The notes below the pieces were generated by a model that ran no database searches, was not told the DNA's origin, and saw only the letters and a list, made by a program, of their open reading frames with translations. Below, in pieces: positions 45,937 through 57,700 of a stretch of DNA of 59,400 bases. This DNA is from Chromatiales bacterium. Its GTDB lineage: Bacteria > Pseudomonadota > Gammaproteobacteria > SZUA-152. The stretch is taken from NCBI GenBank assembly GCA_026982555.1, contig JALSGT010000097.1, positions 1 through 59,400 of the forward strand, read 5' to 3'. Positions within the stretch are counted from its first letter, which is position 1; every line of letters begins with the position of its first letter. The position numbers were made by a program, and so were the translations under genes.

Positions 45937-47460
45937 ATGGAATGGCCTGCGATTACCTTGTTAGCGACCCAATGTCTATTACTGATTGTTTTTTGTTTCT
46001 TTGCTTTTTTTAATTACCTATATGGCTTTGCCAGTTTATGGACGCCGAAGATTCAGCGGGTCAAACCATCAAATAAACAGGTGGCTGTTGTGGTGGTTTC
46101 TTTTAACGAAAAAAACGTTATAGAAGAAACAATAAAAGCATGTGATCAGCTGACTTACAAAAACAGGCTGATTGTTCTGGCAGATGATTCATCAGACATT
46201 GAAACCATCGAAAAAAACAGGGGAATCGCCAGGGCACATGGATGTAAACGGGTTGAGCAGCATTCTTTTGTAGAGGAAATCACAAGGCCGGATGGGACGC
46301 ATTATTGTGAATCCATCGAAATATGGGAGTCGCCGGGTTTTGTCTTTTTTCACCGGCCAGTGAATACGGGATTCAAAGCCGGCAGCTTGAAAAAAATACA
46401 TAATTATCTCAAAGGGCGGGGCATTGATTTGATGTATCTGCTCGACGCAGACTGGCATCCCCAGAAGGACGCCATTGAACGCACCATGGAAGTGTTGGAG
46501 GCGGATAAGAAAATCGCTTTTGTACAAACGAAAAGAGTGTCATCAAGGGATGGAATGAATCTCTTTCAGAAATATGTCGCTCTTCATGAGGAGGGGTGTT
46601 ATTACTCCGACTTCGAAGGACGTCAGGTCTTAAATCATCCTACACTTTTTTCCGGTTGTTGCACGTTATTAAAACTGGATGTGATTGAACAAGTCGGTGG
46701 ATTCACGTCGGGGCACCTTACGGAAGACCTGGATTTGACAGACCGGTTTTGGCTCAATGGCTGGAAAGGCATTTATCTGGGCAGCGTTGTCAATTACGGT
46801 GAAGTTCCATTTACCTATGAACATTTTCGTCGTCAGCAGGAACGTTGGGCCGCAGGCTCTGCAAGGGCTTTGCGGGAGTTTTTCTGGCCAATTTTGAAAA
46901 CGGATCAGTTGGGAGGGTTCGCGAAATTTTCTGCTATTCGGCAGAATGCTTATTTTACCAGCACACTGTTTACCGGCATTGCATTGATCGTTGGTATCAT
47001 TACGATTACCTGGTTGACGGTCAACCGGAATACTTATTCCGCAGAATATTATCTTTATCTTTTCAGTATCATAAAAGGCCCGTTTCTGATTTTGGTATAT
47101 GCTTGCATTCTTGCAAATTTTATTGAGCCGTTAGTGATGATACTGGTAAAAAAACGCAGTTATGAAGAGTTGTTTCACTTGCCCATGTCATTCTGGTATG
47201 CGTGGGGCAATCTTCATACTTACATCGCAGGGAATATTAAAGGACTGCTTAATCTAAAGCTGGGCTGGTTTTGTACGCCAAAATTCAATCGTGACAATGT
47301 AGGGCATTTGCCCCGCATACCCACATCCATGCGTTTGTTAAATATTTTCACTTTTGTGGCTTTTCTGGGGTTTTATTTCAGTGAAGGGTGGGTGTTTGGT
47401 TGGCGTGATGAGTTTGCCCTTCTTTGGTTGCCTGCATTTTTAATTGCTTCTGTGAAATAA
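45937..47460 (+). CDS. Processive membrane glycosyltransferase family 2 (glucan/cellulose-synthase-like)
   Basis: DDSSD, GFKAG, LDAD, VQT, LTEDLDL and QQERW motifs; N- and C-terminal TM helices. Confidence 0.9.
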   Translation: MEWPAITLLATQCLLLIVFCFFAFFNYLYGFASLWTPKIQRVKPSNKQVAVVVVSFNEKNVIEETIKACDQLTYKNRLIVLADDSSDIETIEKNRGIARAHGCKRVEQHSFVEEITRPDGTHYCESIEIWESPGFVFFHRPVNTGFKAGSLKKIHNYLKGRGIDLMYLLDADWHPQKDAIERTMEVLEADKKIAFVQTKRVSSRDGMNLFQKYVALHEEGCYYSDFEGRQVLNHPTLFSGCCTLLKLDVIEQVGGFTSGHLTEDLDLTDRFWLNGWKGIYLGSVVNYGEVPFTYEHFRRQQERWAAGSARALREFFWPILKTDQLGGFAKFSAIRQNAYFTSTLFTGIALIVGIITITWLTVNRNTYSAEYYLYLFSIIKGPFLILVYACILANFIEPLVMILVKKRSYEELFHLPMSFWYAWGNLHTYIAGNIKGLLNLKLGWFCTPKFNRDNVGHLPRIPTSMRLLNIFTFVAFLGFYFSEGWVFGWRDEFALLWLPAFLIASVK

Positions 47461-47551
47461 CCTGCTCTTGTTGACCGTTTAGGGGGGCAATAACACATTG
47501 CTCAACGCGCCCTGCCTGCCATTCAACGGCGGGTACCGGCCAAAACCACTC

Positions 47552-47581
47552 AACAAGCTATTGATCAAAATGTTAATACAT
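47552..47581. repeat. 30-nt direct repeat shared with 50437-50466, possibly within a degenerate miniature element (about 47461-47614)
   Basis: AACAAGCTATTGATCAAAATGTTAATACAT versus AACAGGCTATTGATCAAAATGTTAATATAT (28/30). Confidence 0.75.
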
Positions 47582-47619
47582 TCTCAAAGCGGGCTGGTGA
47601 CCGGATTGAGCGGGTGCTG

Positions 47620-50241
47620 TTATTTGCTGTCCAAATCACATAAACGATAGAGTGCTTCCAGTGCTTCGCGGGGTGTCAGTTCATCGGGGTTGATGGCTTT
47701 CAGTGCATCCAGTGCGGGGTGATTTTCCGCCGGGGGGGCGAACAGTGAAAACTGTTCCACCGCTTCTCCAGCGGGTGCATTGGCGTTTTGGTTTTCCAGT
47801 TGCAACAGGCGCTGCCGCGCACGTTTGATCACGGTTTTAGGTACGCCCGCCAGTGCGGCCACTTGCAAACCATAACTTTGATTGGCTGGTCCTTCTTTTA
47901 CCGCATGCATAAACACGATGCCGTCGCCGTGTTCTACAGCATCAAGGTGTACATTGGCCACTGGCGAGAGGGTTTCCGGCAGGGTGGTGAGTTCAAAATA
48001 ATGCGTGGCAAACAAGGTAAAAGCCTGCACGGTGGTGGCCAGTTCTTCAGCGCAGGCCCAGGCCAGTGACAGGCCGTCGAAGGTGGAGGTGCCGCGACCT
48101 ACTTCGTCCATTAATACCAGGCTGTGATTCGTGGCGTTGTGCAGGATGTTGGCGGTTTCGGTCATTTCCACCATAAACGTGGAGCGGCCACCGGCAAGGT
48201 CATCCGAGGCGCCGATGCGGGTGAATATACGATCAAACGGGCCGATGACTGCGCGACGGGCGGGCACAAAGCTGCCGACGTGGGCGAGCAGGGTGATTAA
48301 GGCAGTTTGGCGCATGTAGGTGGATTTTCCGCCCATGTTGGGGCCGGTAATTACCAGCATGCGGCGTTGTTCATCGAAATGCACGTCGTTGGGTATGAAC
48401 GGGTCTTCCAGTACTTGTTCCACCACTGGATGACGGCCTCCTTCGATCAACAGGCCGGGTTTGTCCACTAACGCCGGTTGGCACAGGTCGAGGGTTTCGG
48501 CACGTTCGGCGAGGCTGGTCAGCGCATCCAGTTCTGCCAGTGCGGTGGCGCTATCCTGCATGGCGGGCAATACGTCAGCCAGTTGATCAAAGAGTTTTTC
48601 GTAGAGTATTTTCTCCCGTGTCAGCGCGCGTTCTTTGGAAGACAGTGCTTTGTCTTCAAACGATTTTAATTCAGGAGTGATGTAACGCTCGGCACCTTTC
48701 AGGGTCTGGCGGCGAATGTAATCGTCCGGTGCGTTGGCGGATTGTGCTTTGCTGATTTCAATGTAATAACCGTGTACCCGGTTGTAGGCGACTTTCAGGG
48801 TGGCGATACCGGTGCGTTCGCGTTCGCGGGTTTCAAGATCTAACAGGAATTGTCCGGCGTTGTCCTTGATGGCGCGCAGTTCGTCCAGCTCGGTATCGAA
48901 GCCGGGGGCAATCACGCCGCCATCCCGGATTAACATGGGCGGCACGTCGATGATGGCGGCACTGAGCAGGGCGTGTTGCTCGGGGTAGTCGCCGATGCGG
49001 GCATCGAGGGCTTCCAGCAGAGTGCAGTCTTGTCCGGCGAAGATACCGGTTAACGTGCTGCGTAATTCCGGCAGGCGTCCCAGGGTGTCGCGCAGTTGCG
49101 AAAAATCCCGTGGCCGGGCATTACGAATGGCAATACGTGCGAGGATGCGCTCCACATCACCAATAGCACGCAGGATGCCTTGCAGTTCTTCGTAGCGGTG
49201 GCCGTCCAGTAACACGGCAATGGTCTGATGACGCTGGCGCAGGGCGGTGTGGCTGGCCAATGGACGATTGATCCAGCGCCGCAGCAGGCGACTACCCATG
49301 GGGGTCACGGTACGGTCCATCACCCAGGCCAGGGTGTGTTCACGACCGCCACCGAGGTTGGTCTCCAGTTCCAGGTTGCGACGGCTGGCGGCGTCCAGCA
49401 CGATGCTGTCTTCGCGACGCTCCACTTGCAAGCCACGTAAGTGCGGCAGAGCGGTGCGCTGGGTGTCCTTGACGTATTGCAGCAGGCAGCCGGCGGCACT
49501 GACGGCGAGATGGAGCTGTTCGCAGCCGAATCCCGCCAGGTCGTGAGTGCCGAACTGTTGCGTCAGAAGGCGGGTGGCCGTGTCCCGTTCAAAGTACCAC
49601 GGTGGTTGGCGGCGCAGGCCGGGGCGCGCGGTATCAATGCCCGCAGGTATAGCTTCTTCATTCAGCAACAGCTCGGAGGGATTCAGTCGCTCCAATTCAC
49701 CATGCAGTGCCTCTTCACCCTCTACTTCCAGTACGCTGAAACGACCACTGGTGACATCCAGTGAGGCGATGCCGAAAGACCCGTCGAGTGCCTGTACTGC
49801 TACCACCAGATTGTCACGGCGCTCTTCCAGCAGGGCTTCATCGGTGACCGTGCCGGGGGTGACGATGCGGACCACCTTGCGTTCCACTGGCCCTTTGGAC
49901 GTGGCCGGGTCGCCCACTTGCTCGCAAATGGCAACGGATTCTCCCTTGCGTACCAGTTTGGCAAGATAGCCATCAGCCGAATGATAGGGAATGCCGCACA
50001 TGGGAATGGGATCACCACCGGATTTGCCGCGTGCGGTGAGGGTGATATCCAGCAGTTTTGCGGCCTTGCGGGCATCCTCGAAAAACAGTTCGTAAAAATC
50101 ACCCATGCGGTAAAACAGCAGAGTATCCGGGAATTCTGCCTTGATGCGCAGAAACTGGGTGATCATCGGCGTGTGCTGGCCGGTGGGTTTTGGTTTTTTT
50201 GACACGTTGGTTGTTGGGGCTTGGGGAGTGGTAGTAGACAT
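47620..50241 (-). CDS. mutS: DNA mismatch repair protein MutS
   Basis: [47 protein letters not shown] and SYG motifs. Confidence 0.99.
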   Translation of the reverse strand: MSTTTPQAPTTNVSKKPKPTGQHTPMITQFLRIKAEFPDTLLFYRMGDFYELFFEDARKAAKLLDITLTARGKSGGDPIPMCGIPYHSADGYLAKLVRKGESVAICEQVGDPATSKGPVERKVVRIVTPGTVTDEALLEERRDNLVVAVQALDGSFGIASLDVTSGRFSVLEVEGEEALHGELERLNPSELLLNEEAIPAGIDTARPGLRRQPPWYFERDTATRLLTQQFGTHDLAGFGCEQLHLAVSAAGCLLQYVKDTQRTALPHLRGLQVERREDSIVLDAASRRNLELETNLGGGREHTLAWVMDRTVTPMGSRLLRRWINRPLASHTALRQRHQTIAVLLDGHRYEELQGILRAIGDVERILARIAIRNARPRDFSQLRDTLGRLPELRSTLTGIFAGQDCTLLEALDARIGDYPEQHALLSAAIIDVPPMLIRDGGVIAPGFDTELDELRAIKDNAGQFLLDLETRERERTGIATLKVAYNRVHGYYIEISKAQSANAPDDYIRRQTLKGAERYITPELKSFEDKALSSKERALTREKILYEKLFDQLADVLPAMQDSATALAELDALTSLAERAETLDLCQPALVDKPGLLIEGGRHPVVEQVLEDPFIPNDVHFDEQRRMLVITGPNMGGKSTYMRQTALITLLAHVGSFVPARRAVIGPFDRIFTRIGASDDLAGGRSTFMVEMTETANILHNATNHSLVLMDEVGRGTSTFDGLSLAWACAEELATTVQAFTLFATHYFELTTLPETLSPVANVHLDAVEHGDGIVFMHAVKEGPANQSYGLQVAALAGVPKTVIKRARQRLLQLENQNANAPAGEAVEQFSLFAPPAENHPALDALKAINPDELTPREALEALYRLCDLDSK

Positions 50242-50363
50242 CAGTGAAGTTTATCGAAATTGAGGAGTAGGTACTACCGGTGGCCGGAGTTTCCGGGGAG
50301 TATAATATTGTGAACATCGAAAAAGGCAGAAAAACATGGGAGTGCTGACGGTGTACAGTTAGG

Positions 50364-50495
50364 TCTAAAACCCGCAGTTGAACGGCCTGTAGAGTGCGTT
50401 GAATGTTGTGGCTGGCACGGCGCGATAAGGCAACTAAACAGGCTATTGATCAAAATGTTAATATATCCGTGAAGCGGTCGACTGCGGAATTTAGG
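50364..50495. mobile_element. 132-bp non-autonomous miniature element with IS1380-like terminal inverted repeats
   Basis: Left TCTAAAACCCGCAGTTGA and right TCGACTGCGGAATTTAGG form an imperfect 18-bp IR; the right end resembles the GGAATTTAGG end of ISEcp1; flanks are TTAGG and TTAAG. Confidence 0.5.
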
Positions 50496-50685
50496 TTAAG
50501 GGCTGTTATGAAAACGGTCTCCGGTGTTGGTTAACTGTTTGGCCACAGTGAGTTTGTCAGCGGGACAGCAGCTTTCTTTCTTTAAATTAATGACTTACCA
50601 TTGACTGAGTGCCCTTCGGGTCAGAGTCTGGCGGTTTCCCGCAAAAATTAATCGAATCATTGGAAACATCGAGAAAATAAATATC

Positions 50686-52344
50686 ATGTTTTTTGTCTTC
50701 CCCTGTCGATTTTGTTACTTCCCTAAATTTATTTTTCAGGAACAGCACATGGATTACAGGCGTGCCAGGTCATCAGGTTATTGGAAGATTTATCGGGTCA
50801 TTTTCAGCTCACTTCTTTTTTTATTCATACCACAACAGATATTTGCAAATCCCACTGTCAAAAATGTCATTCTCCTGATCGGTGATGGCATGGGGCCGCA
50901 ACAATATGCATTAGCCATGGCATATGCCCGGCTGGCACCCAATGCGTATACCCGCGAGCTGAATTTAGAAAAATTCATGTCTCAGGGCGAGCTTGGGTTA
51001 ATGACGACTCATCCCAATAATGCGCTTGTCGTTGATTCTGCGGCATCGGCGACGCAACTGGCGACAGGTTATTATGCGGGATCAGAAATGATTGGCCTGG
51101 ATTATAAGGGCAATCCACAAAAAACTATCCTGGAGCGTGCGCGTGATGCAGGGAAATCCACAGGGCTGGTATCTGATACCCGTATTACCCACGCAACGCC
51201 TGCTGCATTTGCCGCTCACCAGCCTCACCGGTCAATGGAAGATAACATTGCTGCCGATTTGATAAACAGCCATGTTGATGTGATGTTGTCTGCCGGTCTG
51301 TGGGCGTTTCTTCCTCAGGGTGTCGAAGACAGGGGAAGCAAAGTATATGCTCGTCTTCGTCAACAAATTCCTGAACACATTAAACTGAATTCCAAAAGGA
51401 TGGATGATCGCAATGTGTTAAATGAAGCTGAAGATAAAGGCTATCATCTTGTGTTTGACCGGGAGTCAATGTGGGCAGCACCTGAAAACAAGAAGCTGTT
51501 GGGGCTTTTTGATAGCAAAAAAATGCCCAATGGTATTCGTGAACATCAAACGGAACATCAAAAATCAAGAAAGCATCCTACGCTGAAAGAGATGACTATC
51601 AAGGCGCTTGATCATTTGTCCAAAAACAAAAAAGGATTCTTTTTAATGGTTGAGTCAGGCCAAATCGATTGGGCCGGTCATACCAGTGATGCAGGTACAA
51701 TGTTGCATCAACTGTTGCAGTTTGATAAAACGATTGGATACGTCATGGAGTGGGCTGAGAAAAAGGGTGATACTCTGGTTGTATTAACAGCAGATCATGA
51801 AACCGGGTCATTCGGTTTCAGTTATTCAAACTTTGATGTGCCAAAAGCAAAGAGGCTTGAAGGTTCTGCGTTTAAGGATGTCACCTTCAAGCCAAAATAC
51901 AATTTTGGTGCGCCAAAAATAATCGATATGCTTTATCGGCAGAAAAAATCCTATACAGAAATGATGTCTGAGTTTGCAGCCTTGCCTGAAGAACAGGAAA
52001 CGGCAGAAAGTTTGATGAATATCGTCAATGGAAGTTCTGAGTTCAAAATATCTCTGGCCGAAGCAGAAGCAATTTTAAAGCCTGTGAGTGACGGATTTTA
52101 TGTAAACGATTTTAAGGAATTTTATGTTTACTTCAACAATCATCGGCAAAACAGGCTGGGGATAATTTTGTCACGACACCAAAATGTCGTGTGGGGTACA
52201 GGTACACATACGGACACACCTGTTCCGGTGATGGCGCTTGGACCGGAAGCAATTACCCGGCAATTCAATGGCATTCACCACAGCACAGAAATTGCAATAA
52301 TGATGAAAAAAGCACTGGGTCTGACAGTCCCCCGGCCCCACTGA
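50686..52344 (+). CDS. Alkaline phosphatase (PhoA family)
   Basis: IGDGMG, catalytic DSAASAT, THATPA, VESGQIDWAGH, TADHETG and HT motifs. Likely start at ATG 50749. Confidence 0.93.
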   Translation: MFFVFPCRFCYFPKFIFQEQHMDYRRARSSGYWKIYRVIFSSLLFLFIPQQIFANPTVKNVILLIGDGMGPQQYALAMAYARLAPNAYTRELNLEKFMSQGELGLMTTHPNNALVVDSAASATQLATGYYAGSEMIGLDYKGNPQKTILERARDAGKSTGLVSDTRITHATPAAFAAHQPHRSMEDNIAADLINSHVDVMLSAGLWAFLPQGVEDRGSKVYARLRQQIPEHIKLNSKRMDDRNVLNEAEDKGYHLVFDRESMWAAPENKKLLGLFDSKKMPNGIREHQTEHQKSRKHPTLKEMTIKALDHLSKNKKGFFLMVESGQIDWAGHTSDAGTMLHQLLQFDKTIGYVMEWAEKKGDTLVVLTADHETGSFGFSYSNFDVPKAKRLEGSAFKDVTFKPKYNFGAPKIIDMLYRQKKSYTEMMSEFAALPEEQETAESLMNIVNGSSEFKISLAEAEAILKPVSDGFYVNDFKEFYVYFNNHRQNRLGIILSRHQNVVWGTGTHTDTPVPVMALGPEAITRQFNGIHHSTEIAIMMKKALGLTVPRPH

Positions 52345-52469
52345 TTGGTGGGCAGGTGGTGAACCCGCGAATTTGTTAATGTAATAACCGGGGGCAAACG
52401 CTATTTACCCAAACCAGAGTCGTTTTCGGTATAGTATGGCCCCTCGACTATTGAATCCTGATTATCTCC

Positions 52470-53936
52470 ATGTTTTTTACAGACAACCGCAGCCACTTTT
52501 TTCGCCCCTTTTTTGGTAAATACCGGGAACAGGTGGTGGAATGCCTGCGTATTTTGCATGCCTGTCTTTATGGTTCACTGGCGGATTACAAGCGTGCCTT
52601 TACCCGGGAACAGGTGCTGGAATCCTTCACCGAGGCCATTACTCGTACCCCCGTGCTGGACGAGGAAGAAGAGGATTTTTCCGCACCGGTGCGCAGTGAG
52701 CGGGAGCAGGCCAACTGGGTTCTCAACCTGCTGCTGGAGCATGGCTGGATTGAGCGTCATGCCGATGAGGCTACCTTGCAAAGCAGCTATGCCTTCAGTC
52801 GTATTGGCCGCCTGTTCACCCAGCCCATGGTGGAAACAGCGGGTGGCGGTTTTCGTACCCGGCATCGCAATACCCGTAACACCCGCAATGCCCTGCAATC
52901 TTTTCTTGAGCGTGGCGAGGTGTATGATCTGCTTGATGCCTACGAATACTCGGAACGCATTATCAGTGATTTCAGTGATGTAATTGCTGAGCTGGACGAG
53001 CGCAAACGCATGCTGGTAAAGGAAGTAGAGGCTCAACAGGTCGTTCAGCGGGCCAGTGACGAGTTTTTCGACTTTATGGAAAAACGTTTCATGCCGGATC
53101 TTTCGGTACGCCTGTCGGCGGATAGCGTGGAAAAATATCGTGATGAAATCGAGTCACTGTTGCGCAAAGCTAAACGCAAGCAGAAAAAATTCAAGACCGG
53201 TGCCGAGATCGAATTGCGCAAGCTGGCGCCGGAATTATTACAGGACAAGCAGGCTTCACTTTATTATTTCATTCTCGACAGCATCGAATCACGCATTCAC
53301 AGTGCCAGTGACATCATGCTGCCTGCGTTGCGTAATGCGCTGCATAGCTTCACCCGTCGTGCTGACATCATTATTCGCCAGCTCAGTTACACCCTGGGTG
53401 GTGAACAGGGTGATTTGCTCAATCTCTGTCAGCAATTGGGCGCGTTGCGGAAAGAAAAACAACCGCAGGCTCTGGATGCTGTGGCCGATGCCATGGCCAT
53501 ACTTGATCTCAGTGTGCCCGACCCCGGTGCATTGCGCCTGCACGCCGGGCGGCAGCGGCGACTGGTGAACAGTTCTGTCGAGGCACAGGCACCCATGGAC
53601 AAGGTTTCGCGTCGTGAGCTGTTTATCCAGCAGTCACTGCAAAAGGCTTTTGTGGTTAACAACCAGCAGGTAGGGGAGTTTATTGTTGCAGCGCTTAAAA
53701 ATGGCCATCGTATCCACAGTAAACAATTACCCGTGCAAAATGCTCGTGATCTGTTGATGGCTGCCCATGCCATTGAAGCGGGTGCTGCGGGGCGTCGCTC
53801 CAGTGAATTTTATTTTCGCGTAGCGCCCACCGGCCAGCAAGTGCAGACGGATTATTATCACATGACCGATGACTTCATCATTGAGCTGGTGGAGCACTCC
53901 CCGGAACATTCTCAGGAAAAAAATCATGCTGACTGA
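52470..53936 (+). CDS. Wadjet JetA / MksF-like kleisin subunit
   Basis: MFF.....FFRP..GKYRE N-terminus, L...GWI winged-helix segment, helical body; first gene before DUF4194-like and SMC-like genes. Confidence 0.7.
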   Translation: MFFTDNRSHFFRPFFGKYREQVVECLRILHACLYGSLADYKRAFTREQVLESFTEAITRTPVLDEEEEDFSAPVRSEREQANWVLNLLLEHGWIERHADEATLQSSYAFSRIGRLFTQPMVETAGGGFRTRHRNTRNTRNALQSFLERGEVYDLLDAYEYSERIISDFSDVIAELDERKRMLVKEVEAQQVVQRASDEFFDFMEKRFMPDLSVRLSADSVEKYRDEIESLLRKAKRKQKKFKTGAEIELRKLAPELLQDKQASLYYFILDSIESRIHSASDIMLPALRNALHSFTRRADIIIRQLSYTLGGEQGDLLNLCQQLGALRKEKQPQALDAVADAMAILDLSVPDPGALRLHAGRQRRLVNSSVEAQAPMDKVSRRELFIQQSLQKAFVVNNQQVGEFIVAALKNGHRIHSKQLPVQNARDLLMAAHAIEAGAAGRRSSEFYFRVAPTGQQVQTDYYHMTDDFIIELVEHSPEHSQEKNHAD

Positions 53937-54600
53937 CGTACTGAGTCAACGACTCGAAAAAGCCAACCTGGGACTTGATGAGTTTCGTGAACTCACTATT
54001 CGTTTGCTCAACTATGGTGTGTTATGCCGGAGTGAAAGCCAGACCGAACAACAGCTTTATGACCGCTATCTGCGTATTGCCGATCTGGTGCAGGATTATC
54101 TGCATATTATGGACATCAGCGTATTTCACGACCGGCGTTTTGAATACCTGAGACTTTACCCGCCGGGCAGCGAAACACCCGGTATGGACGAAGCGGAGAC
54201 CTCGGCTTTTGCAGGCAGCCTGCGCAACCGGTTGTCCCAGTCCGAAGTGGCCATGGTGCTGGTGCTGCGTTTGCAATATGACAAAGCGTTACGCGAAGGT
54301 CAGGTGGATGACAAAGGTTACGTCACCGAGTCCATGGAAGCCTTGAGTATTGCCATGAAAAATATCCTGGCGCGCAGCCTGCCGGAAAAACTCACTGAAC
54401 GAAAACAGTTGTTTATTCATTTACGCCGTTTGCGTCTTATCGAATTTCACAGTGAAGAAGATTTAGTGAGCGGCGAAGCCTGGTTGAAAATTCATCCGAT
54501 GATTGTCAGTTTTGTTAACGATGAGGCTGTGCAGACGCTGTCCCGGGTAACAGCGTCGGAAAATAAAAATAGCGAAGGCACTGTCACCAAAACTGAATAG
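53926..54600 (+). CDS. Wadjet JetB / MksE-like KITE subunit (DUF4194-like)
   Basis: LLNYGVL.R, LVLRLQYD and IHPMI motifs; ATG at 53926 overlaps the jetA-like 3' end. Confidence 0.72.
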   Translation: MLTDVLSQRLEKANLGLDEFRELTIRLLNYGVLCRSESQTEQQLYDRYLRIADLVQDYLHIMDISVFHDRRFEYLRLYPPGSETPGMDEAETSAFAGSLRNRLSQSEVAMVLVLRLQYDKALREGQVDDKGYVTESMEALSIAMKNILARSLPEKLTERKQLFIHLRRLRLIEFHSEEDLVSGEAWLKIHPMIVSFVNDEAVQTLSRVTASENKNSEGTVTKTE

Positions 54601-54609
54601 GTCAGCCGG

Positions 54610-54639
54610 GCAGGGTGGAACAAGCGCAGCGGTTCCACC
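54610..54639 (+). repeat. REP copy GCAGGGTGGAACAAGCGCAGCGGTTCCACC between the jetB- and jetC-like genes
   Basis: 28/30 identical to the reverse complement of 9177-9206. Confidence 0.75.
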
Positions 54640-54772
54640 AACAAGCTGGCAGGAACAACAAGTCGTCCCTGTGCTCACTACCGCTGACAAAAAATCGATA
54701 AAACCCCAGCTTCACTCTTTTCCCTTGAGGGAAAATAGAAAAGTATTCACACAAGTGTAGAGTTAAGTATTT

Positions 54773-57700
54773 ATGTTTCTGAAAAAATTTATTTTTGTAA
54801 ACTGGGGTAACATCCCTCAGCTTGAATTTGAAATGGGTCCCATTAACCTGCTGTCAGGCGGCAACGGTTCAGGAAAAACCACCGCCGCAGATGCTATTCA
54901 GACCATCATGACTGCGGCCCACGAAAATCTTTTTCAATACAATCCGGGACAGGATGAAACCACCCAGCGTGGCCGTGGCGGCAAGCGCGTGCGCACCCTG
55001 GCGTCTTATGTGCTGGGTTGTGACGATGGCAGTTATGCACGGCTCGACCCGATTGACGGTTATCTTGCTGCGGTGTTCTGCCCCACCAAAGGTGAATCGG
55101 CAGACCCTTTCACTGCCGTTATTGGTGTGCGTGCCTGGCTGGATGCTACCGGTGGGCAACAGATAGCACGGCAGGATGACTTGTTATTTTTGATTCTTCC
55201 CGGTGAAGCACTGACGCTGGCGCATTTTGTCCGTGAGGATAAAATCGGCGACAAAAAAACCGGCCAATACATCACGCCACTGGATAAAATCCAGAACCTG
55301 CTGATTCGTGAATTCGGTCAGCGTCGCGTACAAAAATACGACACCAAAAAAACCTATCTGCGCCGTCTCTATGCGGCCCTGCGTGGCCAGCATGACAGCG
55401 TTTCCGAAACAGAAGCCACCGCAGCAGCGCGCGCCTTTTCCCGCTTTATGGCTTACAAACCGGTACGCAGTATCAATGACTTTGTTGCCCATGAAATTCT
55501 TGAAAGAAAAGATCTTGGCGAAGCAATTCGTGCCATTTCAGGTCAGCTCAAAACCATTCATGCCATGGAACGTGACGCAGCCCAGCTGGTGGAATCCATT
55601 GGTATTCTGGAAAATGCCGAGCAACAGGCCAGCCAGTACATTCAGCAATGGATCGAACTGAACAGCCTGGACTTCACGCTTGCGCAATATGAGTACCTGC
55701 AACGTCAGCGTGATTACGTCAAAACCAAAAAACAGCAAAGTGATTACCAGCGCAGTCTGAAAGAAAACGAAGCTGAAACAGAACTGACCGAACAACGACA
55801 AAAACAACTGAACGAGCAACTGGTTCATCTGGAAGCCCAGCGTCTGGGCATCAGCGCCTTGCAACAAAAAGATGAACTGGAGCAACAAAGGAAACAGCAA
55901 CAGGATAAATTGACGGGCATGGCACGCCGTCTATTGGAACAGGACAATTCGCTGGACAACAATCTGCAAGCCACCAAAGCCATCACAAAAGATTTGCAAC
56001 ATGCAGATTTAATGGACGAGCTGCCAATGATGGCTGATTTACAGATTCGTCAGTCCGCACAGAATGTAGTGAAGGAAGGCGGGCGCGGTGAGCTGGACAT
56101 TCCTGCACTGCTGCAAACAGACCTGCTGAATGATTTGTCACCACTGGAACTGCATCTGGATCAGGCCCGTGCCGCCCAGCGGTTACACAATCAATGGTAT
56201 GAACAATGGCATCAGTCCGGCAGCCTGCCGGATAATACCTCGTTGTATGAACAGCTGGCGAAGTTGGTTCATAACCGGGGCGCGCGTTACGAAAAACTGA
56301 AAAACCAGTGTCGACAAAAAGAGCAGGACATCGAACGCCTGGAAGCAAAACAAGTCAGCTATCCACTTTTTGTGGAACGTGCCCTGGCCGCCATTCGCCG
56401 TGACTGCCCGCAGGCTGATCCGCGTGTGCTGTGTGACCATGTGGAAGTCAGCGACCCGCGCTGGCAAATGGCCATCGAAGGTTATCTGGGTATGACACGC
56501 TTTTCTATTATTGTGGATGCGGACTGTGAAGCCGAAGCCATTCGCATCGTGCGCCAGCTGCCGGGACGTGATAACCGTGCGCGCATCATTCAAGGCAACA
56601 AGGCACAACAGGACGCTGAGCGTTCCAGTCTGCCGACGGATTCGCTGATTCACTTACTGTCGTTTAGCCATGCCACCGCCAAACATTATCTGACTGCCAG
56701 TTATGGCAATGTAATACAGGTAGCCTCTGCCGATGCTCTGCGACAAACCCGTCGTGGTCTTACTGCTGACGGTATGGGCGCGGGTGGTTACAGTATGTTT
56801 CGTTGTGACCTGCCGGAGGGCGAACTGGTCTTCGGCGTGGCCGCACGGGAAAGAGCCCTGAAAGCCAAACAGCAAGAACTGGCCAGCCTCAACGAGCAAT
56901 GGCAGCAGGCCAATGACCAGATGCAGCAGGCCAGCAATATGCTCGACAATGTCAAAAAACTACAGTCGCTGGACTATGCCGATGCCATTACCTACATGCT
57001 GGAAATACACCGTGAATTGCACAAACTGGAAAACCTGCTGGCACAACTGGACCTGTCTGAACACACAGACCTGGAAAACAAACTCACCGAATTGAGGGGG
57101 CAGGAACAACAATTACGCCAACAGCAAGGCAGCCTGAAAGAAGGCAAGGGTGAACTACAGGAAAAAATACGCAAGATTAACAAACGTTGCGAAACACTGG
57201 CTGACGAACAGGAGAAAACCCAGCAGGTGGCAGAAGACCGTGAAAAAAACCTGCTGGCCATTGCCAGTGAATGGCCAGCGTTTGATGCTGACACACGACT
57301 GACCTGCGCAGAAAAAGAAGCGGGTGAACTGAATGAGAATACTGCCGGCATTGCCATCAACCATCGCCGGGGAATCCAGAGTGACCTGCATAAATCAGAG
57401 CGTAAAATGGATGAAGAGATCCAGAAACATAACCAGCATTGTTTACCGGGTGATGCCATCATTTATCACCATTTCAATGGTGATTATGATGCCGCCTTGT
57501 TTCGTGCCATTTGCGGACTGCAACGTGATCTGGACAGAGTTTTCAATCGCCTGAAAAATAACATCCTGGTGGAAAAATACGATAACCTGCGACAACTCAA
57601 GGAAAGCTTTAACAACGCTTTCGTCACCCACTTCTGTCACACCATTCATCAGGCTATCAATGACGGCAAACGCCAGATTGAACGGCTCAACAAAGAATTA

